Shown one piece after another: positions 1 through 9,549 of a DNA stretch of 64,000 nucleotides. The translations under genes and the position numbers were made by a program. Source of the DNA: an archaeon (GTDB taxonomy: Archaea > SpSt-1190 > DYHY01); assembly GCA_043803745.1 (NCBI GenBank), contig JAZDJS010000019.1:1-64000 (forward strand). Direction: 5' to 3'. The notes under the pieces are model-generated. The model searched no databases. It was not told where the DNA came from and worked only from the letters and a program-made list of their open reading frames with translations. The stretch's first letter is position 1; each line of letters opens with the position of its first letter.

Positions 1-116
1 CACTGATGTTCGGCCACCCGGCCCACTTCGTGCGCCTCGGACCTCACTGATGTTCGGCCACCCGGCCCACTTCGTGCGCCTCGGACCTCACTGATGTTCG
101 GCCACCCGGCCCACTT
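1..116. repeat. 44-bp tandem repeat, 2.6 copies, cut off by the window start
   Basis: Unit CACTGATGTTCGGCCACCCGGCCCACTTCGTGCGCCTCGGACCT at 1-44 and 45-88, partial copy at 89-116. Confidence 0.95.
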
Positions 117-117
117 G

Positions 118-166
118 CAACCCAGTTTTTCTTGCAAGAAAACCTCCGTTGACGGGCGTAAAAGAA
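118..166. repeat. ~50-bp element, inverted copy of 3563-3616
   Basis: 145-166 TCCGTTGACGGGCGTAAAAGAA is the exact reverse complement of 3563-3584; similarity extends to the CAACCC end. Confidence 0.85.
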
Positions 167-182
167 CAGTTAGCCTGATAAC

Positions 183-1415
183 TCAACCGCCGCCCAATTT
201 CCCGATCGCTTCCTCGAGTTTCCGCGAGCAGGCTTCGGCGATTTCCCGGTATTTTCCGGCTTCTCCGGAAAGCGCGGCTCCCGCATCTCGTATTGCGCCG
301 AAAAGAAGGCCTGCCCCGGCGCGGATGTTTGCGGGACTGTACTGTCCGGGAGGGTTTGCCCACCATTCCTTGCAGCTCTGCAGTCCCCTGTCAAGTTTGT
401 CGCGCGCGGAAAGATATTCCTCCGGGGCGAGGGCGCGTGAGGCTGCTGAACGATGGACCGACTCTATTGCAACTGCGGTTGCCTCCTTGAGCGCCGAATG
501 AACCGGATTGCGCGGAGAATCCCAAAGCGGAAAGGGGTTCCCGGCAGCGATGTCCTCTTTCGTTGTGCTCCATGAGCCCGGGTTCGTTCTCAGCTCAGGT
601 CTCCCGGGAAACTCCTCAAGAATCCTTGAAAAATGCTCGGGGCGAATGCCGCTAGCCTCGAAAGCCCCGGCATATTCGTCAAGCCGCTCGCGATAGGGCC
701 TTATGTGGTGCCCGATTGTCTCGACATCATATGCGAGGGAAAGGTGCCCGCCCTTCCCGTTGAACCACCCTTCGGTTGCCCGTTTCAGGTCGGAGACATA
801 TCGGGAAAGGTTGTAATCCTTCCTACCAGGCCTGGAAATCGTGAACTCATTGCTCCAGCCGGAGCGGAAGAAAACCGGGAGGCCTTCAACTGTTCCGACC
901 TCGGAATGGGGGATTGACTTGCCTGGATTTGCGGAATCGAAAATTACCGCATCGGTTATTGCAAACCGATAGCCGGCAGCCTTGATGGTTTTTGCAAGTT
1001 CGGCTGAGAACGCCGCTTCCGGGGGGAAAAATCCGGCGGGGTTCCAGGAAGTTCCGAAAACTTTCCGATTCCCCTCCTCGTTAAGCTCAATCTGCCTTCT
1101 TACCTCTCCCTCGCCGCCGGAATGCGAAGAAAGAAGTGTCGGAAGGAGCGCATGGTATGCGGAGCTTCCGGTGAATTCGACTGTTCCCGCGTCAGCCGCA
1201 GAACCCAGGTTGTCTATTATGCCGGACAAGCTGAGCCGCTCGAAATGCCTGACAAGCGAATTGTTTATGTTGACCGCCACCCGGAATTCTGGGTTCCTTA
1301 GGAGCCATTCAGTTACGGGGGCGTAGCATTCCTCCGAAATCCTCGAAATCCAGTAGTCGGTCTGCCACGGCGGCTGGTAGAAATGCCAGAGGTGGCCGAC
1401 GGCGATTTTCCCCAT
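183..1415 (-). CDS. Glycoside hydrolase family 57 protein
   Basis: N-terminal HFYQP, GSSAYHALLP, FFPPE catalytic motif, DVETIGHH, GSWS. Confidence 0.85.
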   Translation of the reverse strand: MGKIAVGHLWHFYQPPWQTDYWISRISEECYAPVTEWLLRNPEFRVAVNINNSLVRHFERLSLSGIIDNLGSAADAGTVEFTGSSAYHALLPTLLSSHSGGEGEVRRQIELNEEGNRKVFGTSWNPAGFFPPEAAFSAELAKTIKAAGYRFAITDAVIFDSANPGKSIPHSEVGTVEGLPVFFRSGWSNEFTISRPGRKDYNLSRYVSDLKRATEGWFNGKGGHLSLAYDVETIGHHIRPYRERLDEYAGAFEASGIRPEHFSRILEEFPGRPELRTNPGSWSTTKEDIAAGNPFPLWDSPRNPVHSALKEATAVAIESVHRSAASRALAPEEYLSARDKLDRGLQSCKEWWANPPGQYSPANIRAGAGLLFGAIRDAGAALSGEAGKYREIAEACSRKLEEAIGKLGGG

Positions 1416-1525
1416 CCCGGCTCTGAGAAGACCGGACGGTTATTTATTGGTTTTTCGGGGGGTTTTAGGACGTTAAACTGACCACTTTCCAGTAGTCTAA
1501 TAAAGGAGGACCCGTTATTCTCCTT

Positions 1526-2233
1526 ATGCCGGACGGAAGGCCGCGCGCAATGGTTGTTTCCCGGGGGATTCGGCCGCAGAAAATCCTTCAGGGAGAATTC
1601 GAACCTCTTCCGGACAGCGTGCTCGCTCTTGAGACGGGCGAGCCTGTTGGAATGCCCGATTTTGTAGTTGGCTATGCTGTGAGGAAGGTCATTGAGGAAA
1701 CGGGCTCGGCAGTCACGTTCGGATTCGGACAAACCGCAAACTCTGCGGAAATTAAGGTATACAGCTTCGATGGAGGGCGCTTTCATGGATACGTTCTCCC
1801 CGAACTTCCGGGCGACCTTTTCGGCTTTGATTTCGCGCTCTTTGAAGATTATGTGGTCAGCCAATTGAGCGCTCCCGAGCGAGGCAAATCCCCTGCGGAA
1901 GAGTTAGGAAAATGGATTACTAGAGTGGATCCTGGGGGAAAAATTTACCTTGTTGAGGAAAGGCTGCTTCGTCCAATGATGTGCGCTCCGCAAAAGTCTG
2001 GCGAGCCTGGCCCGAGAATGGAAGAGTTTTACAGAACGCTACTTGCAGAAGCTGGCTGCGATGTCGAAAGGGACTGGAATTACTCGGAGCTTTCCGTTGC
2101 GCAGGTAGGCTGCGCAATGCACGGGCTTGAAATCCCTCCTTCCGATGCGGAGAAAACCGGATACGTCGAGGTCTTCATACGGACGGAGCGGGGCGCCGGA
2201 ATCCCGAAGAACTTGTCAATCCGAAAAGTGTAG
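1526..2233 (+). CDS. Hypothetical protein, possibly a degenerate methyltransferase-like fold
   Basis: 235-aa ORF filling the gap; weak 'DPGGKIYLVE' motif; start may be at 1550. Confidence 0.55.
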   Translation: MPDGRPRAMVVSRGIRPQKILQGEFEPLPDSVLALETGEPVGMPDFVVGYAVRKVIEETGSAVTFGFGQTANSAEIKVYSFDGGRFHGYVLPELPGDLFGFDFALFEDYVVSQLSAPERGKSPAEELGKWITRVDPGGKIYLVEERLLRPMMCAPQKSGEPGPRMEEFYRTLLAEAGCDVERDWNYSELSVAQVGCAMHGLEIPPSDAEKTGYVEVFIRTERGAGIPKNLSIRKV

Positions 2234-2274
2234 CGATGTAGCGAGAGGCTTCGGCACATTTTTATACGCCCGGA

Positions 2275-3489
2275 TTGAGTTTCTCTCCCGTGAAAAAACT
2301 GACGATATCCCAGGGCGTCTACATCTACACTTTCGTCGACGAGTTTGTCGGGATGTCCCTGATTGTCCTTGCCCCACTCTATTTCCTCTCGCTCGGACTC
2401 TCCCTATCCTCGATAGGCTTCTTCCTTGCGCTTTCCCCGATTGCGTTCGCGGTGCTTAGGTTGTTTCTCGCGGAAATAGCTGATTCGCGAGGGGCTTACG
2501 GTATTGTCAAGCTTGGGGTTGCCCTCCGCACTGCGTCGACGCTGTTTTTCCTGTTCCCGATGAACTTCTTGGTCGCGTCGATTGCAAACGCTTCCGCCGG
2601 GATGGGCGGCTCGCCAATCTGGACCGTCAACAGGAAACTCCTTTACGAAAACGACAAGGAGGAGCGCAGCGGGAAGAAGGCGGCGATCCTCAAGAACGTG
2701 AAAGAGGCGGGCGATGGGCTTGCGAAATTCATCTGCCTTTTCGTCGTTCAGCTCTTCGGCTTCTTCTACACATTCCTCTCGCTTTTCATCTTCTCGTTTC
2801 TCCTAGTAATCCCCGCGAAAATGCTTTCGAAAGCTGACGCCCGAAAGGCGAATGTGCGCGCCGCAAACCTGAGTCTCCGGGAAATATTTTCAACCGTCGA
2901 TTTGAGGAGATATTCCCGGACTTTTTCGAACATCGCCCTTGCGAGTTTGATTGGCCTTGCGGTTGACGGGACAGTCTATTCGTTCACTGTCGCGATTTTC
3001 CTGAAGGAAATAATCAAACTCTCGTATTTCGAGACGGGGTTCTATCTTGCGCTCCTCTCATTGGTGAGCTTCTCATCCTCCGCATTCTTCATCCATTTCG
3101 CGAAAAAGCATGTCTCGAGGACCAGCGCGTTCATTTTCGGGTCGTTCCTCGTCTCCGCCCTTGCAATACTTTACTTTTTCCGCTCGCCTGCCGGGGCTTT
3201 GGCGTTCGTCCTGTTGATAGGAACTGCTGACGGAGTGAGGAACATCTACAATGAAGAGCTGGTTGCTTTTGCAGTCAACTCCGACAGGTTCGCGAGAAGG
3301 AACCCTGCCAAGGCAATTGCCGTGATGGGCTTCTGGGCGCAGGCTTCCAAATCTGTTTCCATTTTCGCTGCGGGAATTATTGCCGATTTTTTCGGCTTTG
3401 GGCCTGTCTTCCTGATTGTCTCCGCGCTCCACATTTTCTATGTCCTGTTCGCGTACCGGACCCTTGCGCCGGTTCAAAAGGCTCAGTGA
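2275..3489 (+). CDS. MFS transporter
   Basis: About 12 hydrophobic segments; motif-A-like 'EIADSRG' and 'IIADFFG'. Confidence 0.8.
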   Translation: MSFSPVKKLTISQGVYIYTFVDEFVGMSLIVLAPLYFLSLGLSLSSIGFFLALSPIAFAVLRLFLAEIADSRGAYGIVKLGVALRTASTLFFLFPMNFLVASIANASAGMGGSPIWTVNRKLLYENDKEERSGKKAAILKNVKEAGDGLAKFICLFVVQLFGFFYTFLSLFIFSFLLVIPAKMLSKADARKANVRAANLSLREIFSTVDLRRYSRTFSNIALASLIGLAVDGTVYSFTVAIFLKEIIKLSYFETGFYLALLSLVSFSSSAFFIHFAKKHVSRTSAFIFGSFLVSALAILYFFRSPAGALAFVLLIGTADGVRNIYNEELVAFAVNSDRFARRNPAKAIAVMGFWAQASKSVSIFAAGIIADFFGFGPVFLIVSALHIFYVLFAYRTLAPVQKAQ

Positions 3490-3494
3490 AAAAC

Positions 3495-3514
3495 GAGTGG
3501 ACTGGATGGGAGTC
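3495..3514 (-). repeat. Duplicated 3' end of tRNA-Ala
   Basis: GAGTGGACTGGATGGGAGTC versus 3618-3637 GAGTGGACTGGACGGGAGTC (1 mismatch). Confidence 0.85.
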
Positions 3515-3620
3515 CCCTACTGGACTTCGGCTAGCGCCTCAGGAACCTGTGGCGCATGAATTTTCTTTTACGCCCGTCAACGGATTTTTTCTTTTTTGAA
3601 AAGAAAAAATGGGTTGGGAG

Positions 3621-3692
3621 TGGACTGGACGGGAGTCGAACCCGTGGCCTCCGCAATGCCAATGCGGCATTCTACCACTGAACTACCAGCCC
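3621..3692 (-). tRNA. tRNA-Ala(GGC)
   Basis: Cloverleaf GGGCTGG/CCAGTCC with G3:U70; anticodon arm CCGCA-TTGGCAT-TGCGG; T-loop TTCGACT; CCA not encoded. Confidence 0.96.
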
Positions 3693-3765
3693 TTGGTTTC
3701 TTTTGAGTTCAGTGGGTTTATATTAGCATTCCTGAGCCATCAGGTGAAGTCCGTGAGCACACGGA

Positions 3766-3789
3766 TACCACTGAACTACCAGCCCTTGG
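3766..3789 (-). repeat. Duplicated 5' end of tRNA-Ala
   Basis: TACCACTGAACTACCAGCCCTTGG identical to 3673-3696. Confidence 0.9.
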
Positions 3790-3846
3790 AGAAAACTTTC
3801 TTTATCTGCTTCTTTAAAGGTTTTGTTTTCAGGAGAATCAGGCCAG

Positions 3847-4311
3847 TCAGCCGGTTTTGGCAATCGCTTTTTTAGCATAGAACTTGACGTGTTCGCTCAA
3901 GTTGTATTTCGGGTTTTCCAGTTCCGAGAGGGAAACCCATTCAAGCCCTCCGGAATTTTCCAAGTCCTCCGCTTTCGCCCCTTTTTTCGGGACTGCGAAG
4001 AAGGTCATTGCGACATGCTCGTGCTTTTCGTTTATCCTGTGCCTGTTGAGGAAAACCGGCGGAACGAGTTCCGAAAATCTTTCTGAAGAAAACTCAGTGA
4101 ACCCGTCCGGCTTTGCAAGTTCAACCTCGAGCCCGGTCTCCTCCTGGACCTCGCGCCTTGCCGCCTCGTTGAAATCCTCCTCCCCTTGCTTTACGTGCCC
4201 TCCGACTGAGAGCCAGATTTTGTATTTGTCATGCAGCCGGAGGAGGACCTTCTTGTCCCTCACGACGAAAACCTCGACAGTGTAATCTATTTTCTCGTTA
4301 ACGTGCGACAT
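3847..4311 (-). CDS. NUDIX hydrolase
   Basis: Nudix box GGHVKQGEEDFNEAARREVQEETGL. Confidence 0.9.
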   Translation of the reverse strand: MSHVNEKIDYTVEVFVVRDKKVLLRLHDKYKIWLSVGGHVKQGEEDFNEAARREVQEETGLEVELAKPDGFTEFSSERFSELVPPVFLNRHRINEKHEHVAMTFFAVPKKGAKAEDLENSGGLEWVSLSELENPKYNLSEHVKFYAKKAIAKTG

Positions 4312-4375
4312 CAGAAAGGGAACTGCAAAAGAAGGTTATCAATTTTTCGCTTCGTCCCATTCTTGCTGGCGCGCT

Positions 4376-4924
4376 TTACTTTTCGACCTTCTTCGTGTCG
4401 AACTTGCCGTGCGTCGCAATCACCTGGGTTTTCGCGGAAAGCCGTATTGCCGCGCGCTTGAACGCTTCCTTTGCAATCTCGAGCATCCCTTCCGGGACCC
4501 ATATGCCCATGATGTATGTGTTGTCCTTGACCATTGCGGCAGTTGACACGGGCTTGCCGAAAGAACGCGCCATTCCGGACTGGAAACGGTCCGCTCCCGC
4601 GCCGGTCGCAAGCGCGTTCTCCCTGAGAACCTGGTGGGGATAGACGAATACCTTCAGGAAATATCCCTCGATTCCGAGCTTCTGGGCGCAATATGCGTTC
4701 GCCGCGACGCGCGCAGCCTCGAGCTGGTTGTGCCGGAGGAACAGCTTCTCCTTCGAAATGAGGATTACCTTGTGCTCGTATATCGCGCGCTTTCCGGTCT
4801 GGAAGGTGTGCATTTTCGAGCCGGGAACCCCCCGGATGAACGCCTTTTTCATCACCCTATGAGCAACCCGTGTGTAAGGTGGATTACTGAACGTTCTTAC
4901 TGCTCTTGCTGGCCGAAGTCCCAT
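4376..4924 (-). CDS. rpl10e: 50S ribosomal protein uL16 (L10e)
   Basis: MGLRPAR, RHNQLEAARVAAN, LRENALATGAGADRFQSGMARSFGKP. Confidence 0.96.
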   Translation of the reverse strand: MGLRPARAVRTFSNPPYTRVAHRVMKKAFIRGVPGSKMHTFQTGKRAIYEHKVILISKEKLFLRHNQLEAARVAANAYCAQKLGIEGYFLKVFVYPHQVLRENALATGAGADRFQSGMARSFGKPVSTAAMVKDNTYIMGIWVPEGMLEIAKEAFKRAAIRLSAKTQVIATHGKFDTKKVEK

Positions 4925-5210
4925 GGGCTTTCAGCCCGGTCAGGGCTTTTAAAAGGTTTTTATCAGGCGGAAATTTCCAGATATATAAACAAAAAAATGG
5001 CCATTAGGGCACATATTTTAATCCTCGGGCTGCTTTATTTGTTGCTGAAAAGGATGGTTTCTTTTGATATTCCTGTCCTGGCAGTCTGCATTGCCTGCGG
5101 GTTTTTCGCAATACTTGCGTTGGTGGGCGGCTTGGGCGGGCGCGGAAAGAAGGAGAATGGTGATGATGACGAGGGTTTTGGGGAGATTGGCGGCTGATTT
5201 TTTTTTCACC

Positions 5211-7880
5211 TCATTTTGCGAATCCGAAGAATTTGAGTATTGCGGAAATCGCTCCTGAGATGAAACTGGCTATTGCCGAGAAAATCCGCGCGAATATGTT
5301 TGCGGGCTTTTGCGGGCTTGGGGTGGCAACGAGATACGGAGTCGGGAGTCCTGTTGAGTTGCCCTTGGAATTTCCGCTTTTGTCTGAGGTGCGCTTTTCT
5401 TCAGAGCAAGTCCCGTTAAACTTTTCAGCCGATGAAATCGCGGACTCCAAACCGGACTTTCCGCTCGCTTTGTCAAGGTCGAGCTCGGTCTGAAGTTTGT
5501 CAATGAGCGCTTTCGCTTCGGGGTCCGAGCAATCGGACCAGAACAAGAAGAGCCGGTCGATCTGGCTTTTCGCCCGGGACAATCTTGATTGTCCCGCCGC
5601 GCTTGAGCCGGAAACTGAGAAGGTTGCCTCGGTTTTCCCCGTTTCTGAGGAGATTATTGAGACGGTCTGTTGCTCGCCCGTTCCGAGCGCAATGAGGGTG
5701 CAGGAAATCTTTTCCGTCCTTCCGGGCTCTATTTTTTCCGGAGTGCAGGAGATTTTCGTCTCGTCATATGAAAGGGTCAAGGTCGAGTTTGTCGGATTGC
5801 CTATCTCTATTGAAACGCTGCCGTTTGTTGGCAGAGTTCCTTCCGGGAAGGAAATTTCTATTTCTCCGCCGTCCGGAACGGTCTGGTTCGGGGCAGATGA
5901 GTTCTGCGCTGGCGCGAATCCACCTCCGCCGCCTCCGGCTGCCGGAACTGTTGTAGTGGTTGTTTCAGCCGGGGGGCTTATTGTGAAAGCGACAGGGTCC
6001 GAGGAGGATGAATCCGAGAATCCGTCGGTTGCCTTGGCAAATGCAAACCAGCTCCCGGTCCCTGGGGTCCAGGAAAAGCTCGTGGAATTCCCAAAGTAAA
6101 GAAGGGTTGCGTTCTCGCCGCTTCGTCCGCCGAGAAGGTAGTATGAGATTGGGTCGGAATCTCCATCGGAGGAAAGGAAGTCAATCGTCCCGTTTGATTC
6201 CCGGGAAATCTGGGGTGTTGAGGGAACTGAATTCAGGAAAACTGAAAATGAGATTTCCGGACTTGCCGAATAGGATTCCCCGTCGGTTGCCCATATCCTA
6301 GCGGAATAGTTTCCCCGGGAAAGATTGGCTGCTGTTGCCGGGGAGTTTGTAGCTGTGTAATTGCCTTTTCCGGGGATTTCCAATACATATGAGAGCGGGT
6401 CTGAGTCTGCATCTGAGGAGGGGGAGAATTCCAAATCAACGGGCGTTTCGTTGAATTGCGTGGAATTTTCAGTCAGGAAATTTGGATTGCTCGGGGGCGA
6501 ATTCTCTATTTCTATTCCTTCCTCCGAATAATCCTCGGAATAGCTTCCAAGGGGGTCTGTTGCCCGCACAAGGCACTTGACCAGGTCGCCCTTGTTGCAT
6601 AGCGGGCTCTCCGAGCAAAGAAAGGTCGAGTTGTCGGAAAACCCGCGGAGGGTCCCATCAGAGGTTGAGAAGAACAAGTAAATTATTGAGAGCGCGTCGC
6701 TGTCATCATCGCTTGTTTCAGCCGAGCAGGAGAATTCCGCCTCGTCCCGGGTTGCCCATGAAGAAAGCAGGGAAATTTCCGTATCAGAAACCTGAGGGGG
6801 GGAATTAGGAACTGCAAATGCGCGGGTTTCGGTTGTAATGTTCCCGCCAGTCGAGCCGGAGAAGGTGAAATTCAGGGAAACTTCGGTCAAATTCCCGGAT
6901 GAGCAGGTTGACGAGCACTCCTTCTCGTTGAGGTTTCCTGTCTCTTCCAAATAGGTTGGCCCGCAAGAAGAAGCTCCGGAAGAGAGAATTGCGCAGGAAA
7001 CCAGGTCCTCCGGGCCGTCGGCATCTGTCGCCCTTGAGCGGGCAACGAATGAATGCGCTGCGGTTGAATTGTCCGTCTGGAACGGCTGGGCTGAGATTTC
7101 CGCCGGAGAATCGTAGTCGGCGCTGCTGGAATTCCTGCTCCAATCGCCTGAGGAAACGCGGCAGCTCCAGTTCGCCGGGAAGCTTGCCTCTGAGAGCGCG
7201 GAGAAGGAGCATTCCGTCGCGTTCAGGCAGGTCCTTGAGCCGGAAAGGTTCTGCCAGATTTCTCCGTTCCTAAAGAATGAAAAGTTCGTCGTAAGGTCCG
7301 CGCCGGAAAAGTCGGTGGTGATGTTCGCCGAGCAGGTCAGGAAGTTTCCGCTTCTTTGGAGGCTTGGCTCGGAAATGTTGATGAAATAGTAATCTATGGT
7401 TAGGGAGAGGTTCTGTGACCAAGCTAAGTAGCCGGGATTGTTCAATTTATTGGGATAAATTAACAGCGCAATTAGAGAATTGTCTAGCTTTTTGACGTCT
7501 ATTACACAAAAAGAGTTAGAATCGCAAACAATTCCTTGGCTGTGTGCTATTGGAGTTGTAGACCAATTAACAGATGTGTCACTGAAATTATATTTCCATC
7601 CCGGTGGTGATTGAATGGCTTCTGATTGAAGAAGAAATTTAGCAACAGTTAAGTTAGTTTTGGAAAATGTTATTCCCGGCAACATAAACAAAGCGGTTGT
7701 ATTTGATTGCGGATAGCCAATACCCGCGCCTATTGCACAATATTTTGCAGGAGGATTGAAATTTGATGGGCAAGCGCCCCATACAGTCAGGTTTGATGCA
7801 AAAAGTGTGATTGACGGTGCGAATCCAAAAACCACAACAACCGAAAAAATTGTCAAAACAACTACAAAAAAGCCCTTCAT
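5211..7880 (-). CDS. Large secreted or surface protein with Ig/FnIII-like repeats
   Basis: Signal peptide; repeated NSPP...SDxDxDxLSY motifs; Thr/Gly linker; many N-x-S/T sites; C-terminal amphipathic anchor. Confidence 0.8.
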   Translation of the reverse strand: MKGFFVVVLTIFSVVVVFGFAPSITLFASNLTVWGACPSNFNPPAKYCAIGAGIGYPQSNTTALFMLPGITFSKTNLTVAKFLLQSEAIQSPPGWKYNFSDTSVNWSTTPIAHSQGIVCDSNSFCVIDVKKLDNSLIALLIYPNKLNNPGYLAWSQNLSLTIDYYFINISEPSLQRSGNFLTCSANITTDFSGADLTTNFSFFRNGEIWQNLSGSRTCLNATECSFSALSEASFPANWSCRVSSGDWSRNSSSADYDSPAEISAQPFQTDNSTAAHSFVARSRATDADGPEDLVSCAILSSGASSCGPTYLEETGNLNEKECSSTCSSGNLTEVSLNFTFSGSTGGNITTETRAFAVPNSPPQVSDTEISLLSSWATRDEAEFSCSAETSDDDSDALSIIYLFFSTSDGTLRGFSDNSTFLCSESPLCNKGDLVKCLVRATDPLGSYSEDYSEEGIEIENSPPSNPNFLTENSTQFNETPVDLEFSPSSDADSDPLSYVLEIPGKGNYTATNSPATAANLSRGNYSARIWATDGESYSASPEISFSVFLNSVPSTPQISRESNGTIDFLSSDGDSDPISYYLLGGRSGENATLLYFGNSTSFSWTPGTGSWFAFAKATDGFSDSSSSDPVAFTISPPAETTTTTVPAAGGGGGGFAPAQNSSAPNQTVPDGGEIEISFPEGTLPTNGSVSIEIGNPTNSTLTLSYDETKISCTPEKIEPGRTEKISCTLIALGTGEQQTVSIISSETGKTEATFSVSGSSAAGQSRLSRAKSQIDRLFLFWSDCSDPEAKALIDKLQTELDLDKASGKSGLESAISSAEKFNGTCSEEKRTSDKSGNSKGNSTGLPTPYLVATPSPQKPANIFARIFSAIASFISGAISAILKFFGFAK

Positions 7881-7915
7881 TCACTAAATTGAGTTACTTG
7901 ATTTAAATTTGTTTA

Positions 7916-8398
7916 CTACTCCGCCTTACCTGAGAGAACTCCAAAGTCTGTGTGGTTCAACCCATTTGACTCGTACTGAATTTGGAGATTAAGGGAATAT
8001 GTTCTTCCGGTATTAACTACGCCAGTAAGACACGAAACGACAAATTGTATAGTATCTTCCTCCTGAACAATTACGTTGGAAAATGCAGTATCACAAGAAC
8101 CCCAGCCATCTGTTGTGTTTATTCTCCAGATTGATATCGGTGAACCTGCTTTATTTTGAAGAACGGCAATTAAAACATTTCCAGAACTTCCTGAAGGTGT
8201 CCCTTGAAATACCCAATCGTTCATTTGTACACTACTAAACCCCGTCGCCCTCTTGTTCGTCGTCCAGCTGGATGGGTTGAAGACTCCGAGCGCGAAAAGG
8301 GCCCCGCCGATTATTACTATAATCAGGATTGCCCAGCCATAGGTAATCAGATATTCTAGAGCGCCTTGTGCCTGTCTTTTTCCGGAAGAGGTGACCAT
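7916..8398 (-). CDS. Archaeal type IV pilin-like protein (class III signal peptide)
   Basis: KRQAQGALEYLITYGWAILIIVIIGGALFALG; start moved to ATG 8398 behind a TATA box. Confidence 0.88.
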   Translation of the reverse strand: MVTSSGKRQAQGALEYLITYGWAILIIVIIGGALFALGVFNPSSWTTNKRATGFSSVQMNDWVFQGTPSGSSGNVLIAVLQNKAGSPISIWRINTTDGWGSCDTAFSNVIVQEEDTIQFVVSCLTGVVNTGRTYSLNLQIQYESNGLNHTDFGVLSGKAE

Positions 8399-8706
8399 TT
8401 CAGCAGGGAAAATGGCGTGTTGGATATATAAAATTTCCCTGATTGGGCTGAAATCTTGGATTTTCTGGTTAGAAATGGGTGTATTTATCCGTAAGAAGCG
8501 GTGATTCAGGCGGGACGGGCTAATCCAAGGAGCTTCCTCGACGCGTAATAGTTCGCAAGGGCAAGTATTATTGCCGCTGCCAAAGCCGGGTAAAAACTTC
8601 CTGGTGTCATTTCTTTGTGTCCCCCTCCTGACAGTAATGCGCATCCGAAGCTTAAATCCCTTTGCCGATGGAAAACCATCTAAAGGTCGGTTTCTGGCGG
8701 GCGAAG

Positions 8707-8982
8707 CTATCTCCGATAAACTCGCTCCCTGTGCCCGAGATTCTCGATGAAAATTGTTTTCTCGCCGTTCAGAAGGAGGATTATCGCGCGATAATCTCCG
8801 ACCCTTAGCTTGAACTCGTCATAGCCGACTAGCCGGGAAAGAAACCTTGCTGGATTCTCCGAGCCTGCGACTTGATCAAGCTTTTCAATTATCCTCTCCG
8901 CATCCGGCCTGTCTATCTTGGAAAGCTCCGAAAGCGCATGGCTTGACCAGAGGATTTTCCATTCCGAAGCGTTTCCCGCCAT
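8707..8982 (-). CDS. relE: RelE/ParE family toxin
   Basis: KLRVGDYRAI and GHRERVY motifs; lies just downstream of an antitoxin. Confidence 0.88.
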   Translation of the reverse strand: MAGNASEWKILWSSHALSELSKIDRPDAERIIEKLDQVAGSENPARFLSRLVGYDEFKLRVGDYRAIILLLNGEKTIFIENLGHRERVYRR

Positions 8983-8992
8983 TTCCGGCAAG

Positions 8993-9235
8993 TCAAATCC
9001 CCAGTTTCCTTTTAGCCTCTTCCTGGGTGTGGGTTTCCTCTTTTCTCCGCAGTTGGATTCTTGCGTTGAGGATTCCGATTCGGAAATCTTCGGTATATTC
9101 CCCTTCCTCATCCCCGGCAGGGACAAGGGAAACCAGCTTGTTCAGGAGCTCGTCATAGGTTTCCCTTTTCGAGCCCTTCAGTTTTGAGAGCTTTTCCCTT
9201 GTTTCAGCAAGTATCTGGATTGTTGTGTAGGCCAT
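8993..9235 (-). CDS. RHH-type antitoxin
   Basis: TTIQI..ETREKL....ETYDELL; GTGTATAA direct repeats upstream. Confidence 0.8.
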   Translation of the reverse strand: MAYTTIQILAETREKLSKLKGSKRETYDELLNKLVSLVPAGDEEGEYTEDFRIGILNARIQLRRKEETHTQEEAKRKLGI

Positions 9236-9471
9236 TATGCGCTCGTGTATAACAAGTGTATAAAAGACTTTGCCTGCCTGCGGAATTGGGCGAAATTCGG
9301 AGAGCTATGGACTTTTTGGAATGACGCGAAAAAATCGGACCTATTTTTCATTTGGGCGAGGTTTGTATTAATCTAATATTGCGTGGCTGTGCAAAAAATT
9401 TGAGTCAATTATTGTTCTGCTGAAATAAACGAAATTTAGAGCGCCATGAAATTCGAGTAAAGTGCGCGAAT

Positions 9472-9510
9472 AAAAAAAGAATGCCCGGACCCCTCCTGGG
9501 GTCCGGGACA
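9472..9510 (-). terminator. Hairpin plus T-tract after the S-layer gene
   Basis: CCCGGACCCC-TCCT-GGGGTCCGGG stem followed by a T run on the minus strand. Confidence 0.7.
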
Positions 9511-9549
9511 TTTGACCTTTGTGGTGTCTTTGTGTCGTCGTGTGTGCTT

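Noticed and set aside
3495-3789. Split or permuted tRNA made from the Ala fragments
   Set aside because: The fragments lack the anticodon arm and complementary leaders, and the intact gene lies between them.
8399-8644. N-terminal extension of the pilin ORF, and a 34-aa hydrophobic ORF at 8506-8610
   Set aside because: The signal peptide and TATA box place the pilin start at 8398; the small ORF has only an RBS as support.
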